Under the pieces are notes generated by a model that was not told where the DNA came from, ran no database searches, and was given only the letters and a program-made list of their open reading frames with translations. 32,000 nucleotides of DNA, taken from Dickeya solani IPO 2222. Lineage in GTDB: Bacteria; Pseudomonadota; Gammaproteobacteria; Enterobacterales; Enterobacteriaceae. This document shows positions 29,078 to 32,000 of the stretch, piece after piece (position 1 is the first letter of the stretch; each line of letters opens with the position of its first letter). The position numbers were made by a program, and so were the translations under genes. Location: assembly GCF_001644705.1 (NCBI RefSeq), contig NZ_CP015137.1, positions 3,480,001-3,512,000 on the forward strand. Reading direction: 5' to 3'.

Positions 29078-30742
29078 TTACTGGTAGGCGGACTGGTGCA
29101 CGCCGACGGCGCGACCCGACGGATCATCCATCTTTTTGAAAGATTCATCCCACTCAATCGCCTTGGCGGACGAACAGGCTACAGAAGGACCGCCAGGGAC
29201 GCATTCAGCCGCACTCGGGACCGGGAACAGTTCTTCAAAAATTTCGCGGTACAGATAGCCTTCCTTGGTGGACGGTGTGTTGTACGGGAAACGGAAGTGC
29301 GCGGTTTCCAGTTGCTGGTCGGAAACCTGTTTGGCCGCGACCTCTTTCAATGTATCGATCCAACTGTAACCCACGCCGTCAGAGAACTGCTCTTTCTGGC
29401 GCCAGGCCACGCTGTGCGGCAAATAGGATTCGAAGCACTCACGCAGGATGTGTTTTTCCATCTTGCCGTTACCGCACATCTTGTCTTTCGGGTTGATACG
29501 CATCGCTACGTCCAGGAATTTTTTGTCCAGGAACGGTACGCGGGCTTCAACGCCCCAGGCGGACATCGCTTTGTTGGCGCGGGCGCAGTCATACTGGTGC
29601 AGCGCCAGCAGTTTGCGAACGGTTTCTTCATGAAGTTCTTTCGCATTCGGCGCTTTGTGGAAGTAGAGATAGCCGCCGAATACTTCGTCCGACCCTTCGC
29701 CAGACAGTACCATCTTGATACCCATCGCTTTGATTTTACGGGACATCAGGTACATCGGCGTTGAGGCGCGGATGGTGGTGACGTCATAGGTTTCGATGTG
29801 GTAAATCACGTCGCGGATGGCGTCCAGACCTTCCTGTACCGTGAAATGGATTTCGTGGTGCACGGTGCCCAGATGTTCTGCGACATCGCGTGCGGCTTTC
29901 AGGTCAGGCGCGCCTTCCAGTCCGACCGCGAACGAATGAAGCTGCGGCCACCAGGCTTCGCTGCGCTCGTCGTCTTCCACGCGGCGGGCGGCGAACTTCT
30001 TGGTGATGGCGGAAATGACGGAAGAATCCAGCCCACCGGACAGCAGTACGCCGTAAGGAACATCGGACATCAGGTGGCTTTTCACCGATTCTTCCAGCGC
30101 TTCTCGCAGTTCGTCGGCGTCGGTGACGTTGTCTTTAACGTTGTCGTAATCGAACCAGTCGCGACGATAGTATTCGCGAATCTCGCCGTCCTGACTCCAC
30201 AGGTAGCTGCCGGCCGGGAATTCTTTGATGGTGCGGCACACCGGCACCAGCGCTTTCATCTCGGACGCCACGTAGAAGTTGCCGTGTTCGTCGTAGCCCA
30301 TATAAAGCGGGATGATGCCCAGGTGGTCACGGCCGATCAGATACGCGTCTTTTTCGCTGTCATACAGGGCAAAGGCGAACATGCCGCGCAGATCGTCCAG
30401 GAATTCCGGACCTTTTTCCTGATACAGCGCCAGAATCACTTCGCAGTCGGAACCGGTCTGGAACTGATAGCGGTCGCCGTATTGCTGACGCAGAGCCTGA
30501 TGGTTGTAAATTTCGCCGTTCACGGCCAGAACGTGGGTGTGCGCCTGGTTGTAGAGCGGTTGAGCGCCGGTGTTGACGTCGACGATGGACAGACGCTCAT
30601 GGGCCAGAATGGCTTTGTCACTGGCGTAAACGCCAGACCAGTCCGGGCCGCGGTGGCGCATCAGACGGGACAATTCCAGCGCTTTCTTGCGCAATTCAAC
30701 CGGATCGGTTTTCAGATCAAGCACACCAAAAATAGAACACAT
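29078..30742 (-). CDS. asnB: Asparagine synthetase B (glutamine-hydrolysing)
   Basis: Track ORF 29078..30787 is over-extended. The ATG at 30742 (AGGGAG SD) gives MCSIFGVLDLKTD... with the catalytic Cys2 (554 aa). The product is colinear with E. coli AsnB to ...GVHQSAYQ. Confidence 0.97.
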   Translation of the reverse strand: MCSIFGVLDLKTDPVELRKKALELSRLMRHRGPDWSGVYASDKAILAHERLSIVDVNTGAQPLYNQAHTHVLAVNGEIYNHQALRQQYGDRYQFQTGSDCEVILALYQEKGPEFLDDLRGMFAFALYDSEKDAYLIGRDHLGIIPLYMGYDEHGNFYVASEMKALVPVCRTIKEFPAGSYLWSQDGEIREYYRRDWFDYDNVKDNVTDADELREALEESVKSHLMSDVPYGVLLSGGLDSSVISAITKKFAARRVEDDERSEAWWPQLHSFAVGLEGAPDLKAARDVAEHLGTVHHEIHFTVQEGLDAIRDVIYHIETYDVTTIRASTPMYLMSRKIKAMGIKMVLSGEGSDEVFGGYLYFHKAPNAKELHEETVRKLLALHQYDCARANKAMSAWGVEARVPFLDKKFLDVAMRINPKDKMCGNGKMEKHILRECFESYLPHSVAWRQKEQFSDGVGYSWIDTLKEVAAKQVSDQQLETAHFRFPYNTPSTKEGYLYREIFEELFPVPSAAECVPGGPSVACSSAKAIEWDESFKKMDDPSGRAVGVHQSAYQ

Positions 30743-31035
30743 ACAAGAGGCTCCCTTTATCCACGCATCACAGCGTGAAACAGTCAAAGTGTATGGCGGT
30801 AATCAGCGCTTTTCCTTGCCGTATCTCACCTCAGAGGGTGACTCGCCGCCGTATCGGTAACACTGATTTAGCATCAAAAGGGGATGCTAGTTCAATATCA
30901 TTTAATGAAAAAAGCCATTGTGCTGGTGAATGTGTAATTTTCGGTGTGATTTATTGGGTTTTATTCAAAACGGCAGAGAGAAGGCGCCGGATTTTTAGCG
31001 ATCTCATAATCCGGCCTTATAGCAGAAAGCTAAAC

Positions 31036-32000
31036 CTACTGATTTTCAAGCAGTCGCTGCAGTAATACGCCATTAAGCATCGAGCGTTTCACCAGCGCAA
31101 AAGCGCCGATGGCGGATAAGTGCTGCAGTTCGGAAACCACTACCGGCAGGTTTTGCCGAAAGTCTTTCAGCACCTGTGCGTTGATGCAGCGTTGAATGGC
31201 GGGCAGCAGAATCTTGTCCGCGCCGGTAATTTCACCGGCGATGACCACCCGTTGCGGATTGAACAGGTTGACGGCAATCGAAATGGCTTTGCCCAAATGC
31301 TGCCCGGCAGCTTCGATCAGTTCGCGGGCGAGCAGGTCACCCCGGTTGGCGGCTTTGCAGATAGCGGCGATCTGGCAGTTATCCAGCGTCAGCTTGCTGG
31401 GAAATCCCTGCTGCAGTAAATGGCGCGCCCGTTGCTCCAGCGCGCCGTTCGACACCACCGTTTCCAGACAACCAAAGTTGCCGCAGTGGCAGCGGTCGCC
31501 CAACGGATCGATCTGAATATGACCGATTTCCCCAACGTTACTGTTGCTGCCAAGAAAGATTTTTCCGTTGACCAGAATGCCGGCGCCCACGCCGCGATGA
31601 ACCCGCACCAGCAGCGAATCCTGACAGTCTCGGGTCGCGCCGAAGTAATGCTCGGCCAGAGCCAGACTGCGAATATCATGGCCGACGAAGCTGTGCACCT
31701 TGAAATGACGTTCGAGATTATCCACCAACGGCCAGTTGTTCACGCTGATGTGCGGCATATAACGCACTACGCCGGCGATGGGGTCGACCAGCCCCGGCAG
31801 CACCACTGAAATGGCGATTAACTCGCGGATACGGCGTTGGTGACGGTCGATAAATTGGTCGATAACAGTGAACAGCGCGCTTTCCAGCGTGTCCTGGGTG
31901 TTTTCCGGCAGGTTGCAGTGCTCTTCCTCCAGCCGTTTTCCCTGTAGGTCGTATAAGGCGAGGGTGGCGTCGTGGCGGCCAAGCCGCACCGCAACGGTAT
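31036..32000 (-). CDS. nagC: N-acetylglucosamine repressor NagC (ROK family), 5'-truncated by the window edge
   Basis: The C-terminal ~320 aa are colinear with E. coli NagC (RLGRHDAT..LYDL.GK...GHDIRSLALAEHYFGA...GEIGHIQ..PLG.RCHCGNFGCLET...AIGAFALVKR.MLNG.LLQ.LLEN). The reading frame stays open to position 32000. The apparent M at 31989 is an internal GTG (Val). Confidence 0.93.
   Translation of the reverse strand, partial: TVAVRLGRHDATLALYDLQGKRLEEEHCNLPENTQDTLESALFTVIDQFIDRHQRRIRELIAISVVLPGLVDPIAGVVRYMPHISVNNWPLVDNLERHFKVHSFVGHDIRSLALAEHYFGATRDCQDSLLVRVHRGVGAGILVNGKIFLGSNSNVGEIGHIQIDPLGDRCHCGNFGCLETVVSNGALEQRARHLLQQGFPSKLTLDNCQIAAICKAANRGDLLARELIEAAGQHLGKAISIAVNLFNPQRVVIAGEITGADKILLPAIQRCINAQVLKDFRQNLPVVVSELQHLSAIGAFALVKRSMLNGVLLQRLLENQ

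Noticed and set aside
30775-31065. A 96-aa plus-strand ORF in the asnB-nagC spacer, plus small hairpins (TAGCATC/GATGCTA at 30869-30889 and GCCGGATT/AATCCGGC at 30986-31015).
   Set aside because: The ORF has no SD, has atypical composition, and runs into the nagC 3' end. The second hairpin is probably a weak nagC terminator, but its 14-nt loop and poor U-tract keep confidence too low to list as a feature.

Overview
This window is a conserved Enterobacterales core-chromosome block. It is almost fully colinear with the E. coli 14-15 min region: cspE, crcB, ybeM, tatE, lipA, lipB, ybeD, dacA, rlpA, mrdB, mrdA, rlmH, rsfS, nadD, holA, lptE, leuS, ybeL, gltLKJI, lnt, corC, ybeY, ybeZ, miaB, ubiF, an SMR efflux gene, a six-gene tRNA operon, asnB and a 5'-truncated nagC. 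By eye the GC content is roughly mid-50s percent, and the protein sequences diverge moderately from E. coli. That suggests a Pectobacteriaceae-like host (Dickeya or Brenneria type), but this is inference only. About 31 CDS, 6 tRNAs, one riboswitch and several intrinsic terminators can be supported. Many longest ORFs in the supplied track over-extend at the 5' end, so I trimmed them to starts supported by homology or a Shine-Dalgarno (SD) sequence. I found no mobile elements, integrases, CRISPR arrays, defence genes, toxin-antitoxin pairs or unassignable gene clusters. I therefore see no evidence here for an undescribed multi-gene system. The observations worth a second look are small-scale: (1) a clear fluoride (crcB-motif) riboswitch ahead of crcB; (2) an in-frame 3 x 18 bp tandem repeat at the 5' end of lipB; (3) an EmrE-like SMR gene between ubiF and the tRNA operon, with upstream direct repeats; (4) a remodelled Met-Leu-Gln-Gln-Met-Gln tRNA operon containing a 74-nt tRNA-Gln copy; (5) a strong intrinsic terminator and likely SroC-type sRNA locus inside the gltI-gltJ spacer; (6) two NtrC-like dyads upstream of gltI with no recognisable sigma-54 promoter.
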